A program made the position numbers and the translations under genes. 64,000 nt of DNA from Pavona decussata (lineage: Eukaryota): positions 6,324,001 through 6,388,000 of the forward strand of contig CDRNST010000144.1 of assembly GCA_977016875.1 (NCBI GenBank), written 5' to 3'. Of the stretch, positions 1 through 13,773 are shown piece by piece (within the stretch, counting starts at the first letter, position 1; each line of letters opens with the position of its first letter). The notes beneath the pieces were generated by a model. The model was not told where the DNA came from. It ran no database searches and saw nothing but the letters and a program-made list of their open reading frames with translations.

Positions 1-189
1 GGGGGTGGGGGTGGGGGGCAATAACTTCAATGCCTGGGGTGACCAATCGATGAAATCAATAATCGGTGATAACACTTCATGTTCCCTTTATGAGAATCAA
101 TATCAACCTTAACCGTCGATTTCAAGCTAATCGATTGAAGGTTGATGGATCAGAGAATTTATTCTATGTTAAAGTGCTAAATGAACCAA

Positions 190-280
190 TGAAAATCCCA
201 CTGAGCGTTAGCTCTAGTAAGGAAATGGGAGACCGCAACCACGGCGGGAATAGAACCCACAACCTCTGGATTAAATGACC
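190..280 (-). mobile_element. tRNA-derived SINE head fragment
   Basis: Minus strand reads TTTAATCCAGAGGTTGTGGGTTCTATTCCCGCCG, a degenerate tRNA T-arm/B-box. Confidence 0.4.
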
Positions 281-420
281 AATCGATTAGGGGAAACTTC
301 GCAACTTTAACATGTTCGATTTTCAACGATTGCCATTGATAACCATCAATTCTTATCGACTTCCATCCATGTTTGTCCTCTTGGATCGACTCTAACTGAC
401 TCCTGGAAGCGATTAAACCA

Positions 421-691
421 GGGAAGCAGAGTGGTCGAGTGGTTAAGTGGTTAGGGCGCCGGACTTGAAATCCGGAGGTCCCGGGTTCAAGTCCCGCTCT
501 GACCGCTAATTATTAGCTGGAGTTCTTTCTCGGTAGCCCCGAGTTCAACTCCTCGGCCGCCCTTGTAAGCAGCCAGCTGGTCTGCCTCCGGCCAGTTGGG
601 ATTTTTAACTATGTTATTTGCAATTTAAATTATTTCTTTGTGAAGTTTAATGCTCGGCCCCACTAGCACTTGTGCTATAAACACTGCCGAG
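421..691 (+). mobile_element. tRNA(Ser-like)-derived SINE with Nin/Deu-type central domain
   Basis: A box TGGTCGAGTGG, anticodon-like arm CGGACTTGAAATCCG and B box GGTTCAAGTCC. Then a non-tRNA body TCAACTCCTCGGCCGCCCTTGTAA..GCCAGCTGGTCTGCCTCCGGCCAGTTGGGATT resembling the Nin/Deu SINE core. Confidence 0.75.
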
Positions 692-2989
692 ACGGAGGAA
701 TATCCCCAGTGTTATTAGTCGGCAAGCGTCATATCTACGGTTGTAAACGACACACCTTTTTTGGCCTAAAAAGTCCACCCCATGTAGTAGTTTAATAACA
801 CGTTTACAAGCCCTTCTTTCCCTTCGGGCCGCAAACACTTCACCAATTCCCACGTCGAAAGGCATGGTACCCCTTTCACCAAACATTTAAACACTAATAT
901 CACGTTGTCTACGACACTCAGCTACAAGCAAACCGCGCAGAGATACTATACGCGAATAGGTACTTGATTATTTTTAGTAAAAGCTTTTCAATATGCGATA
1001 AACCGTACCCATACACTGTCAAGACGGCGCGCCAACCAGAATGTGACCGACGCTGGTCGGAAGCTACCAAATATCATAACGATCGATAACAATCAATATC
1101 GATGTAATAGAGAAATCCTTCTTTTGACTATCGATTGGCCATTGATTGGCCAATGCCGCTCAGTTAACTAACAGCCATCGATTGATATCGATTAATTTAT
1201 TGATTACCATTATCGATTTTCATCGGTTAATCAGCCGAGCTTCAATGGTATATCTTGCTTCTATCGCTTTACCAATCAATTTCAAAAAAAGTCAAGTGAC
1301 ACTCATCAGCAGCAGAAAAGCCAAAAACAAATATAAAAACTTGAAAAGCAGGTTGCAACATAAGCGAACACGACGCGAACACGAAGCGACGACGCGAGTT
1401 GTTTATTACTTCCGTGGGAACAAGTCAACCATCTTTATGCCTGATCTTGCAAATTTCGGCACCGTCAGTCCGTCAGTTCACTGTTGGCGATGTTCTAAAA
1501 TGATAAAATTGTCTGAATATGTTGTGACAAAAGCACAACTCAACTGATCTTTCTGCACTCATGAAGCTACACAAAAGCTATGATAAGGAAATGCTATCCT
1601 ACAAGTTGCCAACAACGATTTCTAGCGAGGTAAAGAGAGGGCGGTGAAAAGGAAGGCGGTTTAAGCGGGGCATGATCTCTGAACTAATGATTGTTTCTTT
1701 TCACAAATACAACTGTAACACGTTAAATGGTCATAAAACTTACCATGTATCATACCATGAGCTTAACCTTCATATGCAGTCCACGCTACACCAAAATCAG
1801 ACGTACAAGTTGAATCTCAGTCAGCCTGTAAGATATCTGTCCAAAATAAACCAAATTTAAGTAGCAAACGTGTTAAGGTGCATCACACAAAATTATCAAG
1901 CATTAGAAAAGATACTTAAACCGGAAACCAAAATTACCCAACACTCCAACTTGATGCCGAATTTCAACTTTGTAAAAAACATTCTATACGCTGAGAACAC
2001 GAAAGGAAGTCATGGGAATTATTACCCTTGACCTCGCTTTCGCGAGCGCAAACCGTAGAATTAATCCTGAAATTATTAAACCACTACTCACATATCTATA
2101 CCACATGAAATAAGCGAGAACGTTCGAAGTCCCTTGAACGTTGTTAAAAAATCCGGCATGTTTCCAACCCTTGCCGAGCCACTTATAAACCAAAAAGGAC
2201 CGCTTTTTGCGGTTTTCCGGCCTAATTTGACACTTGGAGCCTCGTGGTTGAACGGCAGGTACAACGTTACTGAGGACGAAGGACAATTGACAATTTTTAC
2301 AACTGGTGGATCCTCTCAGAGCTAGTCAGTGGGGATTCAATAAGCGTGTAAAAACTAATTAGCCAAGTTGTTTACCGAGAACACAACATATTTGCTCAAG
2401 CAGGGGGCTACCAGTGATCGTGCAATAAAATACAATGAGCACCAGGACTTACAGATCCTTTATAATAAACATCATACTACTGGGAAAATAATGAGTTTTC
2501 TAATCAATTTTTCTAGACGAATTTTGAGCACGTGGCAACAGGTACTTGAATAGCATTTTTAAGCAAAGTCTTTTTCAAGTTTATTGTACAATAGATTAAT
2601 TTGAAATTATGGAAAACATTAAAAGAGTATCCCTTTACCCCACAGTCAAACAAGCATTGCTTGGGGTGTTTCGTTGTTGTTGGTCTTTGGTGTGAAGTTG
2701 AAACAGTGCGTCAATGGCTACTGAGCGTTGTTTAATGAAACAAATAATTAGTTGGTTCAGTTATTGTTAGTCAGGTATTATGTCAGGCAGCCGAAGTTAG
2801 TATTTAGTTGAGTAGTTCGCCTGTACTGTAAAATCCGTCTTAGACTAAAAGCTAATTCAAGAAGCCACCAAGAAGACGCAAAAACGGAAGCACTCAGCAA
2901 GAACTCGCTCACTGAGTTGTTCTTCTTCTTGAAGCTTTGTTAACGGCAGAGGGGGGGGGGGGGGGGGTGTAGATGGAGGGGTGGTACAT

Positions 2990-4260
2990 ATATCTTATTA
3001 ACCAAGCGCGAAAGCCGTACTGGAAGAAATCGGCTCCTGAGGTCTTGATAGTACAGACCGAGCGCAAGGAGGTCCGTACAAATAAGACAGAGGGCCGATA
3101 TTCTCCCAGAACAGCATACTTGGTTAACAAGTGATTTATTTAATAGACGATTGGAAAGAACTTTCAATATATTGCAAATATAACATTTAACAAAAAAAAA
3201 AATGTGGGAGTCGTAAAGAATAAAAATTACCCGATACTGATTAAGGGCCTACAAGGTGTTCTAGCGTAGGATTTTACAAACCAAAAGTTTGGATAAGCCA
3301 TTCCAGTGCAGGAATCAGTTTGACTTACTTTTAATTGAACCAATCAGATTAATTTTAGTAAAACATGATAAAACTGTCAAATAAGTCAACGACCATTTTT
3401 AACTCACTTCTCTCGAAATCAAAAAGCTTTGATTCTACGGAATCCTTCAACAAGGAAAGAAAAAGTTTAACAAAGTGGACTGCTTTTAGAGCTTTGTGTT
3501 TTTAACACTGACCTGGAAAATGAGCGTCTTAATGAACGGCTCGTCTGGCATGTCGAAACTCAAGTAAATGGCAAAATCGGCGTTGCAAGGTTGATTGCCG
3601 GTGGGAAGGAGCTGCCACCAACTGAAACACGCTAGGGCGAGTCAGAAATATATTATTCAATCTTCTTCGTTGCTTCCGATGATGAGTGTTCTTGGTCGTT
3701 TAAGGGCTAGTTTATTAACAATTTTAACCGACCCTGTCATAAACTGGAACGTGCAAGGGTGTTTGAGCCTGACGAGTAACCTGACGGAGGTCACAACGTT
3801 CTGAATTTTAAAAACTGAAGGAACCTTGACAGAATTGTAGGAATCATCAACATTTATATCGCTGGAGCTTCCAGTTGTTCACTCGTTTCTTCTTCCGCTG
3901 AGTGCATCGAACATCTGGCGTTGATGGCCAAAAGAAGCCGATTTTTACGGGCTTAATCTTAATCTTCCGACATGTCCGATGCTGGTTTTCCTCACTGAAT
4001 GATTTGACAGCTTTCTTTTGCCTTATTGAAGGCCAGCAGCATAAACAGCGTCTGAAAAAAACTTGCCCAGCTGTTTTTTGCCCAGTTTTGACTGTCATGT
4101 CCGCCATATCTTGATTTCAAGTTGAGAGCGGGACCCAAACGCGGGATCATTCGGGAAAATACCCGGCCCAATACTTAAAAAATACTTGACCGGCAATAGA
4201 GGGATCTGATTGGCTGATTTTAGTTATTGGCCCTCTGACTGCCTTATTCTTGTAGTAAAA
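2990..4260 (-). mobile_element. Non-autonomous Crypton-type element with tyrosine recombinase remnants
   Basis: Minus strand 4070-3975 translates LGKFFSDAVYAAGLQ*GKRKLSNHSVRKTSIG (H-x-x-R box of tyrosine recombinases). Acidic C-terminus KRPRTLIIGSNEED* near 3660. Terminal hairpin at 2994-3135. Confidence 0.7.
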
Positions 4261-4262
4261 TA

Positions 4263-4419
4263 CAGTCGAACCTCCCGTAGGCGACCACCCAAAATGTCAA
4301 GCTTTAGTGGTTGCTTACGAGAGGTTCCAACTATAGTAATTTGATCGAGAAAATTAAATTAAGGTATGCTGGAAACGTGGTCGCTTACGGAGAAGTGATC
4401 GCACAGTGAGGTTTGACTG
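4263..4419. mobile_element. Tc1/mariner (pogo-type) MITE
   Basis: Terminal inverted repeats (TIRs) CAGTCGAACCTC / GAGGTTTGACTG flanked by TA on both sides. Confidence 0.8.
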
Positions 4420-5340
4420 TATGATATGATATAATATGATATAACATCATTTATAATTTTTTTGTCACCAGAGCCGCTGTCGCAATTTGTAAAATTACGA
4501 TTGTTGCGTTTTGAAACAGTGCCAGACCTATGAAAAATGTTCACCTTTTTTGTATTAACTTGCAGAACGACTTTTTGATATAAAAACGTAAATGCCCAAA
4601 TCTTAAAATCTTTGAAAATATTTCAGCAAAAGCCGTTTTTTCCAATTAAGAATCTGTTGTTTGGCCTTAATTTCTAAACGTACCATTCCGCGGACTAGCT
4701 TCGCCCAAAATTCTCATACTATTGCTCGCCATTCACCGAAGCAATTGCCTACTCCACTACTGCCATTTTTAAGAGAAAAGAAAGAAAAAAGGAGACTCAA
4801 GAGAGCCTTACTGACTGAAAAAATACTCCAATCATTTATTCACCGGGCTTAAAATCTAATATCACATTTCTTTCAATGTGACAGGCTTTAGAAAATGCAA
4901 TGCAACAATGTGAAAGGTATTAAAATTTACGACACTCTGATATTAAAAAATACAGCAACTGTTATTACAAGATGTGACAAGGTGTAATATATATTACAAA
5001 ACACATAGTACGAAGCACGACAACTATTGTTATAAAATGTGACAAGCTTTCATTAAAACGCAGCTTTATTACAAAGTACAAAATATATTACAATTTGCGA
5101 CACTGACGAGTATTAGCAAATGCGGTTGTTAGGGAAAGGAGACAATGCGGTTTCAGACAGATTAAAAAAGGTTGTATAGAATGAGACATTTGGTTATTAA
5201 ATGCGACAGGAGTTAAAATCATATCAGTTGTTCGAGGGTTTCCCTGAAAACATAATGCCACAGATATTAACAAGTTAAGCTACCCTGAGATTACAAAATG
5301 CCAGGCTTAGTTTAGATTATAAGAGAGATTTGAACTTGGT

Positions 5341-5525
5341 AATAGAACTTATTCCAAAATAGCTACCATTTTAATGATTCTTTTGTTCGTATTCAAATTC
5401 GTCCATCTTACCTCGTTCTTAAGCTCAAAAATCGAAAGAATATTGACCTTGAACTAGGCAAGAAGGTCTAATTTGAATGCAAACAAAAGAATGGTAAATG
5501 AAATCCATTTTGGAATAAGGTTTAT
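5341..5525. mobile_element. Palindromic MITE
   Basis: ATAGAACTTATTCCAAAAT ... ATTTTGGAATAAGGTTTAT, with internal symmetry (TTCTTTTGTT..ATTCAAATT / AATTTGAATGCAAACAAAAGAA). Confidence 0.65.
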
Positions 5526-8500
5526 AACCACAACTCAGTGCTCAAGAGGGTCGATGCTCGAGAAGAGTGAACTGGCGTCGACTAACAATTTTGTGATTTG
5601 TGGACTCGCATTCACAACGAACTTTACACCGAACACGCGCTCCTGTCGAGCAACTTAGGCAACGTTCTCGAGAAGGTGCAAAAACTCGTGGGTGGCTAAC
5701 GGGGCGCTAGCGGAACCGGGAGGACAACCACTGTTGAGTAAATCATTGCAGAGGAGAAGACGGAGAAGGGTTTGATATTTCTTTTATTAGAATGGACTTC
5801 AAATGTGTAAAAACGTGTAGGAGTAAATTTCACCTGCCAATTACAGCATCCGCTAAAACACAATGAACCAATCAGTTCGAGAAGGAAATACATGGGATTG
5901 AAACAGGCGAGGAAAAACCAAGCGAAAAGGTCACGATTGCTTTTAGTTTTGATTGGATGAGATTCTGACGCAAACCTTTGTAACCAATAGCAGCCTGTCA
6001 TAGGAAAGAAAACCAATGCATACGCAAATCATTTTCAATACACAATTGAGAACCGCCGTAACAGTCAGAACTTAGACGGCGAAAGACCACCTAACGCATA
6101 TGACACAAGAAAGGAAGGTCTATAACGGGATGGAGATAAGGGTAACATGGAAGGCTCCTGTGGATGCTGTATATCACCCCTTCCCACGACCTCCCTGAAA
6201 ATCTAATGGCTCTTGTTTGTTTGTTTGTTTTTTTTGTTGTTGTTTTTTTTTTTTTTTCAATCAATTTTTCCACCAAAATGCTCTTAAAGTGGTCTCATTA
6301 AAACGCGTAAAGTACTGCATCCCTCCAATACACCATATGGTTGACCACCCAACAACTTTTCACTATTATTGTAGTTTAAGACATTTGTCACATTATATCT
6401 TTGCACTGAGAGGTGCAACTAGAGAAATATGAAGCTATAGTTATGTTCAGGGTTATACCTAATATACACACATGAAGACAACAACGTATATATAATTGAA
6501 ATAAACTTTTTCAAAATCGAAATTTCCTTCAGGTTTGTTAATGTAATTTATGAATACATCAAGACCTTTTAAATAGTATATCATGCATGGACATACGTTC
6601 AATTTTCTTCAATCTTGCAAGAGAGGGCTTCATGGCAGGTACGAAAGGGTTAAGTCAAGTAAAAGTTGTAACACAAGTTTCTAGATGAACGCGGCTGCTT
6701 TACTGACACAAATCGGGCAGTAGTTGTGCGGCACAAGGTACGTGAAGACTTACTGCTTTTATTAAGGTGACCAAAATACAACTTCAACATTAAGGTACTC
6801 CCAAAAAGGTACAAGTTTCACGAGAGACGTCAAATAGTCAAATAGTGTTAAAGTAACCGTTCAACGTTTGCTGTAATATTGCTGTAAATGTACAATAGTT
6901 ATCAGAACCCGGAACCACTGAGAACTAGACATTAAAACCTGACTGTTGAATAATAACCTACAATAATAATAGCTTACATGAGGTTAAGGCCAAGAGTCTG
7001 CTGGCCTTCCATTTTGTTTTGTTCCTGTTACGTTCGTGCTGTTACAGTTTTGATTATTGCTCCAAATATTAAAATTCGAATTGTCGTGACGTTTAAGAGC
7101 TTAATTAAAAACCAGTAAATGGAAAACCTGTTCAGTTGATCGATATCGCCTACCGTCTCGACTTCTCATCGTCTCATTTCATTACGCTTTTTTTTCGCCT
7201 AAAAGTCCCTCTATTATAAGCACATTAAAACCCCTTGCGAAGTAGTACAAGATCAGGGCTTCTAAGCGGCAGTTTACCGTATTATGCATTCACCCGTGTT
7301 TAACTATACAACCAGCTAATCAGTGATTCATGGTAATTTTTTTTTCTGCGCTATTAAATACAACTGTCTGGCTATAAATTTAATGGCATCATATCTTTCA
7401 GGGAAGATATCTATGAACAAGCAATAAATGGTAAGAAAAGTGTAATGCTTTAAAGGAAATGATTCCGTGAAAGAGATAACGAGAATACAGTTGTTAGATT
7501 GACGACTTATTAGATCGTTCCGGTTCAATTGGAAAAAGCTATCCATTATAGTTCTATTTTTTGGGTTTAGTCCTTGTCTGCTACTAAAACAAGCGCAGCG
7601 TCACGTGACACCTGGCTTTATTTAATTTTGTAACCCAAACATTGAAATACTACCGAACCGTCCTGAATAAATATTTTCAATGTCAGGCAACTGTCGCAAA
7701 ACCGCTGTTTAAACATCCAGTTTACTCGATCCTTTAAATTAAACCTGTTTGTTGTAGCTTGAATGACGGTGATGAGAATTCATCGGCCTGATGATCGTAT
7801 CAGATACAGGCTACGAGAAAAACGCACTCAATTTTTCTGAATTCAAGATTATACAACTCTAGTTTGGCATATCACCTTGATTTCAATCGCAGTGCGTGCT
7901 TGTTGATTCTCGAGAATTGAAAATAGACTACGTTTTCAAAACGACTGAATAATTTTCGTATCTCGATCTTAACTAAACATCGCGTTTGCGGGATCCACAG
8001 GAAGGCGAAAATGGGACGATAGAAGTTCAACTAGCTCATCACAAAAGAAACAAAAACAAAACAAAGTTACGCACCTGCTTAGCGTGTTATTCATGCCTGA
8101 AGCGGTAACAGAAACCAGGATTATCAGCAGCGGAGAGAAATTTGTTATGTGGACCTCTTAACACGTTCATGACATATTTGATATTCACCTGTCGGGTGAA
8201 CATCGCCGTTTCATAGCGTGGTTGTGTAAACAATTCAGTTCATAGAAGTTGGGCAGTAACGGAAAGTCGGCTGGGGAACGCATTCATAAAAGTGCTATAA
8301 GGTAATTAGCGCTTTCATTCAGCAGTAGAATACAGATCGCCCACAGGTCGCCAACAGCCAAACAAAAAGCCTCCCTGTGTGAGTCAAAACATTGGAACAC
8401 AATAGAAATCGTTTTTGGACTAAACAATTGGATTTTGCCCTGTTAATATGGAAGTGTGAAATTCTAATATACTCCTGGGGAGTCGTAATTAATGTTATTG

Positions 8501-9195
8501 GAAGTTACATTAGCATAGAATCTAGATGAAATTCCCTGTTTTTTCATCTGAGCGGGTAGAGAGTAACTTGAAAACCTACTGATTTGTACTTTTTGTTAAA
8601 TTTTTATCGCTTTTAACTTTCTGCAAAAGGTTTTGTTTTAAAACCATCCTGCCGTAGTGACCTTGCCACTTATTCCTGATTCGCTGTTTCTGTTTAAATA
8701 TCGGGAAGACAACTAATTGGCATGCAAATATTTTTTGGAATCAGCAGCTCAATCCTGTTGTTCAAGTTGCAGGAATTAAGTTATAATTTTAAAACATGGA
8801 AAAAGCTTAATATCATACAGAATCATTAGAGGAAGTTGATAGGAGTGAATGGATTTTCATGAATTAGGATGTGATTTAAAAAATTAAATACAGTAGGGTA
8901 AAAATTGAAAACACACACTCAGCTAAACGCCTATCCACGCAAGACAATTTTGATATCCTACCCTTCTGCGCAGACTCATTTTGGGCTCATCAGGAATGCG
9001 AAGAGCGTCTTAATATTATTTATTTAGTATTTTTACTTTTCAGCATCAATAATTGGCTAGGATCTTGGGTATTTTTTGCGGTTTTCATGACACCAAAGAG
9101 GCGATTTTCAGTTCTACGGAGGGCGCCTATTCGAGGGTAGACGTTTAATCGAGAAAGTACGGGCATGTAACTCAGCCCTGATTGACCGCATGGCA

Positions 9196-9539
9196 GATGA
9201 CGGAATAAGGCTGAGCAAGGGAAAGACTATGATCAAACATGAAAAAATCTCGATATTTATGTGGCAAGTATAGAGAGACAAATTGAATGTGCACACCTCC
9301 TAGACTTTTAAGGCGGTGTTACTCTAGGTAAGTTTAACTATTCGTGCAACCTGTCTCACAACGACTGAATGGGTTAAACAATGGCGCCTGGCGGCATTGC
9401 AAGACAAGACATGTTAACCTTCAATATTTCAACTGAACCCGCGCTTTCTTCCCCCGTTTGGTCTTTTTAATAAAATAGCTGATTAAAAGTTTACTCTAGA
9501 TGGACCACCTCGGAGTTTGCCTAATTTCAATTGTAAATT
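9196..9539 (+). repeat. Local duplication segment X, copy 1 (copy 2 at 11277-11617)
   Basis: About 340 bp directly repeated with scattered substitutions. Confidence 0.9.
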
Positions 9540-9540
9540 G

Positions 9541-10680
9541 AATACGTGGACGACAGCCATGCGTGTCTTAAGAAGGATTACATACAAGAATTTCATGATC
9601 ATCTGAACCCTAACATACAGTTCACCAAGGAGCTTGAGAAGGATAACGGGCTTTCCTTCTTAGACACAACAACAACCCTAGTACGTGGCGCATACAGGTC
9701 AGTGTGTACAAATAACAAACACACACAGATAAATACCTCGATTACAACTCCCACCACCCATCGCAGCACAAGAGGTCAGTCGTTAATACTCTCCTTCTCA
9801 GGGCCCAAGAAATTCCATCAACACTGAAATACGGGGCGGTCTAGAGAGAGGACACACGTCATCAAAGTGCTAAGAGATAACAATTACCCTCTGTGTTTTA
9901 TTCGGAGCTGCAAGTCCTACCGCAGCGCTCTCCGCCGCGATTCAAATACCAACGACGCTTCCAGCGCTAGCGCACCTTCAACGTCAACATTTGTTGTTCT
10001 TCCGTATTTTAGAGGCGTCTCTGAGAGAATTTCGCGAGTACTACGCAACAATGGTGTTAAAGTGGGTTACAAACCTTGCAATGTTTTGCGCACGCGTTTC
10101 CCGAGACCAAAGGACAAACCTTCTGCTTTGCAGTGCCGAGGCGTTGTTTACAAGGTCGGCTGCGTTGATTGCAACTTCGTGTATTATGGACAGACTGACC
10201 GAGCCTTGGAAACAAGGTTAAAAGAACATAAATGGGCAGATCGAGTTCGAGATAATAACTCCAGAATTGCGCAACACGCGAACCAGTTTGTCCATAATAT
10301 AGACTTCGACCATGCGACAATTGTAGACAAGGCTCGTAATTTTCACAAGAGACTTTTTCTCGAGGCTTGGTATTCGCAAAGTGACAACCACGCGGGAAAC
10401 GAACATATTGCTATCCCGGATGTCTACAAAACCCTCATGTAAACACGTGCGGCTGCCGTTCGTTGCGTTTTGCTAGCGTAGCACGCGTAGAACCGTGAAC
10501 CGTTACAAAGCCGTGATTCAGTTGGCTTTTAAAAATAACCGAGGAGGGCCGAAGTTGTTTGGCCGAAACGTCATTGATGCTTAATTAACGTTGTTTCTAA
10601 CGTTAACAATAGTCAGTGCCAAACAAAAAATTTTTACTTCTGATGTCTATCCCTGACTACAATTTTAGTATTTTTAATTC
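9541..10680 (+). mobile_element. 5'-truncated Penelope-like element (RT C-terminus + GIY-YIG endonuclease), frameshifted
   Basis: YVDD at 9543, then NIQFTKE..LSFLD, HTDKYLDYNSHHP and VVLPY. GIY-YIG motif GVVYKVGCVDCNFVYYGQT..R.KEH and LFLEAWY in ORF 9867-10442. Confidence 0.92.
10533..10578 (+). ncRNA. Degenerate minimal hammerhead ribozyme motif in the Penelope 3' end
   Basis: CCGAGGA (variant of CUGANGA), stem GGCC..GGCC, then GAAAC-GTC. Confidence 0.55.
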
Positions 10681-11123
10681 CAGACATGTCTCTGTCATTT
10701 CGACGGATATGACTTTCACTTTTCCGTCCGTTATTATAACGAAGGGAAAATGATCGGTGGATACACTCTTTATACACTGGAAGTCAAATTTAACAACTTT
10801 TCGTCTTTCAATACGAATTCAAGAAAGGAGCACTCGGCCCTCATCCAAAAGAAGCCAAAATTCATGTTTTATAATGTCTAAATAAATTGTATTAAAAAAA
10901 AAAAAACATTTTGTTTCAGCTCTCGGATCGTTCACCGAATTGGAATTTAACTTGCTCGGTTTTGTTCCGGTAGAAAGTTCGAGAAACCCAATAGGAGAAA
11001 CACGAGAAAGCTGAAAGAAAAATTAAGGCTTCAACGCACTAAGACCATTTAAGGTAGGCATTGGTTTACCTGTTATGTTGTGCCCGATGGCCGGTTCTGG
11101 CGGCGTTAGGAGTTGAAGGTTAG
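10677..11123 (+). repeat. Local duplication segment Y, copy 1 (copy 2 at 13774-14241)
   Basis: About 450 bp direct repeat with small indels. Confidence 0.9.
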
Positions 11124-11276
11124 CGCATGTGTCAGATACAAATCTGCTCGCCAGTCATGTGTAGGCTGTTGGATGTAAGGTTTTGTTAATACCTTTAAGT
11201 TACCCCATATCTAAGAAAAGCTACTTGTCAGACAACAAGAAAAATGATCAATTAGAATTTTAATATAAATTATATT

Positions 11277-11617
11277 GATGACAGAATAAGGCCGAGCAAG
11301 GGGAAGACTATGATCAAACATCAAAAAATCTCCATATTTATGTGGCAAGCATTTAGCGACAAATTGAATATGCACACCACCTAGACTTTTAGGGCGGTGC
11401 TACTCTAGGTAAGTTTAAATTCGTGCAACCTGTCTCACAACAACTGAATGCTTTAAACAATGGCGCCTGGCGGCATTACAAGACAAGACATGCTAACCTT
11501 CAATATTTCAACAAAGGCCGCGCTTTCTTCCCCCGTTTGGTTTTCTAATAAAATAGCTGATTAAAAGTTTACTCTAGATGGACCACCTTGGAGTTTGCCT
11601 AATTTCAATTGTAAATT
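11277..11617 (+). repeat. Local duplication segment X, copy 2
   Basis: Matches 9196-9539. Confidence 0.9.
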
Positions 11618-12676
11618 TCAATTTAAAAAAATTAAAACAATAAAACTAGAAAAAATATATATATAGAACGTCAAACAGCTGCTGAAAAGAGCATCTCGGA
11701 ATTATTACTGTCTCCAAAATGTTGAGCCAGGTGTTGTATGTTGTCTAATAAATACGCACAAAATCATTCCAATTTTACTGGAGACGACATAACTTTTAAT
11801 TTGAAAGTCTCCTATTTAAGTTTCATGTTACACTTATCTCAAATGTTAATTCTTTACCACCCAAAAAATCGAAATGTCATAAATTTTTCCTATTGACTGT
11901 TTTACCCCATTTAAGCACTTTCGAGCAAGTTAGTCGCCATCTTATTCAACTGGAGCAACATGGCGAGAAATCCAATGTCCAACAATTGCTGTAAGTCTAG
12001 CTTTTGAAACAAAGGAAGGAACCGTGTGAACTCAAGACAGCTAGTGGAAGATTTTGCTGATCAAATTTAAGGACAAGGCAGTGGCATCCCAAGAGATTTA
12101 TCCACTTCTGCGAGTAACACCTATAAGTTCAGCTTTTTTGCAAGATATATAGTCGAGTGGGACTCTCTTCCAGTGTATTTGATTCGCCGACCCAGCGCGG
12201 AGGCCTTCAGAGCCAATGTTACATCTTCTTAATGCAAAAGTGATCTGCGTGTTCCCTATTTCTTATTCTTGATATAGTTTTATTATTTGAATTGTATCTT
12301 CAGTGAAATGATAACTTATGCAGATAATACATGTTTACAGATACCATGAAGATAGCGGATAGCCTAGTCATTCTAGGAATCATAAAATTGATCATACATT
12401 TGTTTGTAGTCCCTCTAAATGTCTGCCGAAAATTTAGAGACAATGCAAGAGTTAATTGACGTTTACAGAAACATGGCGAAGAACACAGATAGAGATAAAG
12501 ATTTATAAAGATCACTACTTTACTTGAGGAAAAACGGAAAGCAATGTCAGTTTTTTTTCGTTAAAATTTGTACTCTATAGATAGTAGTTTGGGTCTTGCA
12601 TGAATAGCAAAGAAAGAAACTTTGAGGTACAGTGATGGATTCAGTATTTGACATCTGTCTCCATTGCATTGAAGTA

Positions 12677-13457
12677 CCGTAAAGTTCCGATATTAACGAC
12701 CCTTCGAAAGTAACGACCCCCCGAAAGTAACGTCAAAACTTTGTGGCTACTAATAAATCCCGAAAATAGCGAGCCCCCGAAAGTAACGACCCTCCCAAAA
12801 CTAGCGAGTCCCCCAAAAAGTGGCGAGACCATGCGTCTTTTTTTAAATTACTTTATAGAGTCTTTATACAAATACCGAATGCCTTTATTGCTTCCCAATC
12901 CATAGTCAAATTTTTAATGTACAATACTAAGATCTTCGTGCATGGACAAATTGATCACGATAAGGCACTTTACAATAACGGGAAGCCTTAAGCCATCATT
13001 CGTCCTTGACATCAGCGTAATGTGAAAACTAAACTGGTAGAACTTCTTATTAATTAACAACAGGAACGTTTCTTCAAATTAAAAACTCTATATATACTGC
13101 AGTATAAAACGCATTGATGTGTCATGGACTAAAAGCACTGAGTTTATCTTTCCTCCTCTGAGTTAGAGAAGAATTCGATTCTACATCGGCTGATTCATTC
13201 ATGCGGTAGTCCGGTAGACCATTTTTTTTTTTTTTCACTGTCCCTGCTACCCGAAATGGGTAGTGCAAATGGTCTTAATTCTGTCTGTTGTTTGAGCTCT
13301 GCGCGAATCATATAATTTTTCATTTCGGAGAAAAGAGCTAGCGCTAGCTTGTTTCATTGTTTTTGTTCCCCGAAAATAACGACCCCCCGAAAGTAACGAG
13401 CCACAAACGCTGCTAATTCCGAAAGCAACGAGGGTCGCTACTATCGGAACGTTACGG
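12677..13457. mobile_element. Tc1/mariner-superfamily MITE with subterminal CGAAAGTAACGA repeats
   Basis: TIRs CCGTAAAGTTCCGATA / TATCGGAACGTTACGG flanked by TA. Confidence 0.8.
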
Positions 13458-13773
13458 TAATCAAGTCAGAAGCTTGAGTTGCGGTGGTGCTTGTGTATCA
13501 TCCTATCAAGGCGCAGGCCCTATCAGTGCTTATCCATGCAATTTACGTTTGCAACCCTCACCAATATGGCGGAAACAGTCGTAAAAGGATTTATTCCTTA
13601 GGCTTCATTAGCACGAGGTTGGAGAGAGCTGAGAAACCCGCCAACAACGAAAAACCTCTCTTAATCAGAAAGATCATCTTTTTTAAAGTAACCAGAGTTA
13701 CAAATCGATTAGTTCCACCTATCTACTTTACCTGTTTCATGCTGAAACCGTCCTTATTACTTGCCGATGGTTC

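Larger units (their letters stand above)
33..1240. mobile_element. Putative non-autonomous DNA transposon (MITE-like) with degenerate ATCGAT-rich inverted ends, carrying nested SINE pieces
   Basis: Left end GGGTGACCAATCGATGAAATCAATAATCGGT resembles the reverse complement of the right end (ATTACCATTATCGATTTTCATCGGTTAATCAGCC). ATCGAT-rich blocks at both ends. Confidence 0.45.

Noticed and set aside
421-505. Genuine tRNA-Ser gene
   Set aside because: Duplicated D-arm sequence, no long variable arm, poor acceptor stem, and it runs into a SINE body.
5590-5698. Peptide QFCDLWTRIHNELYTEHALL.. that looks protein-like
   Set aside because: Short, bounded by stops, with no splice support or recognisable family.
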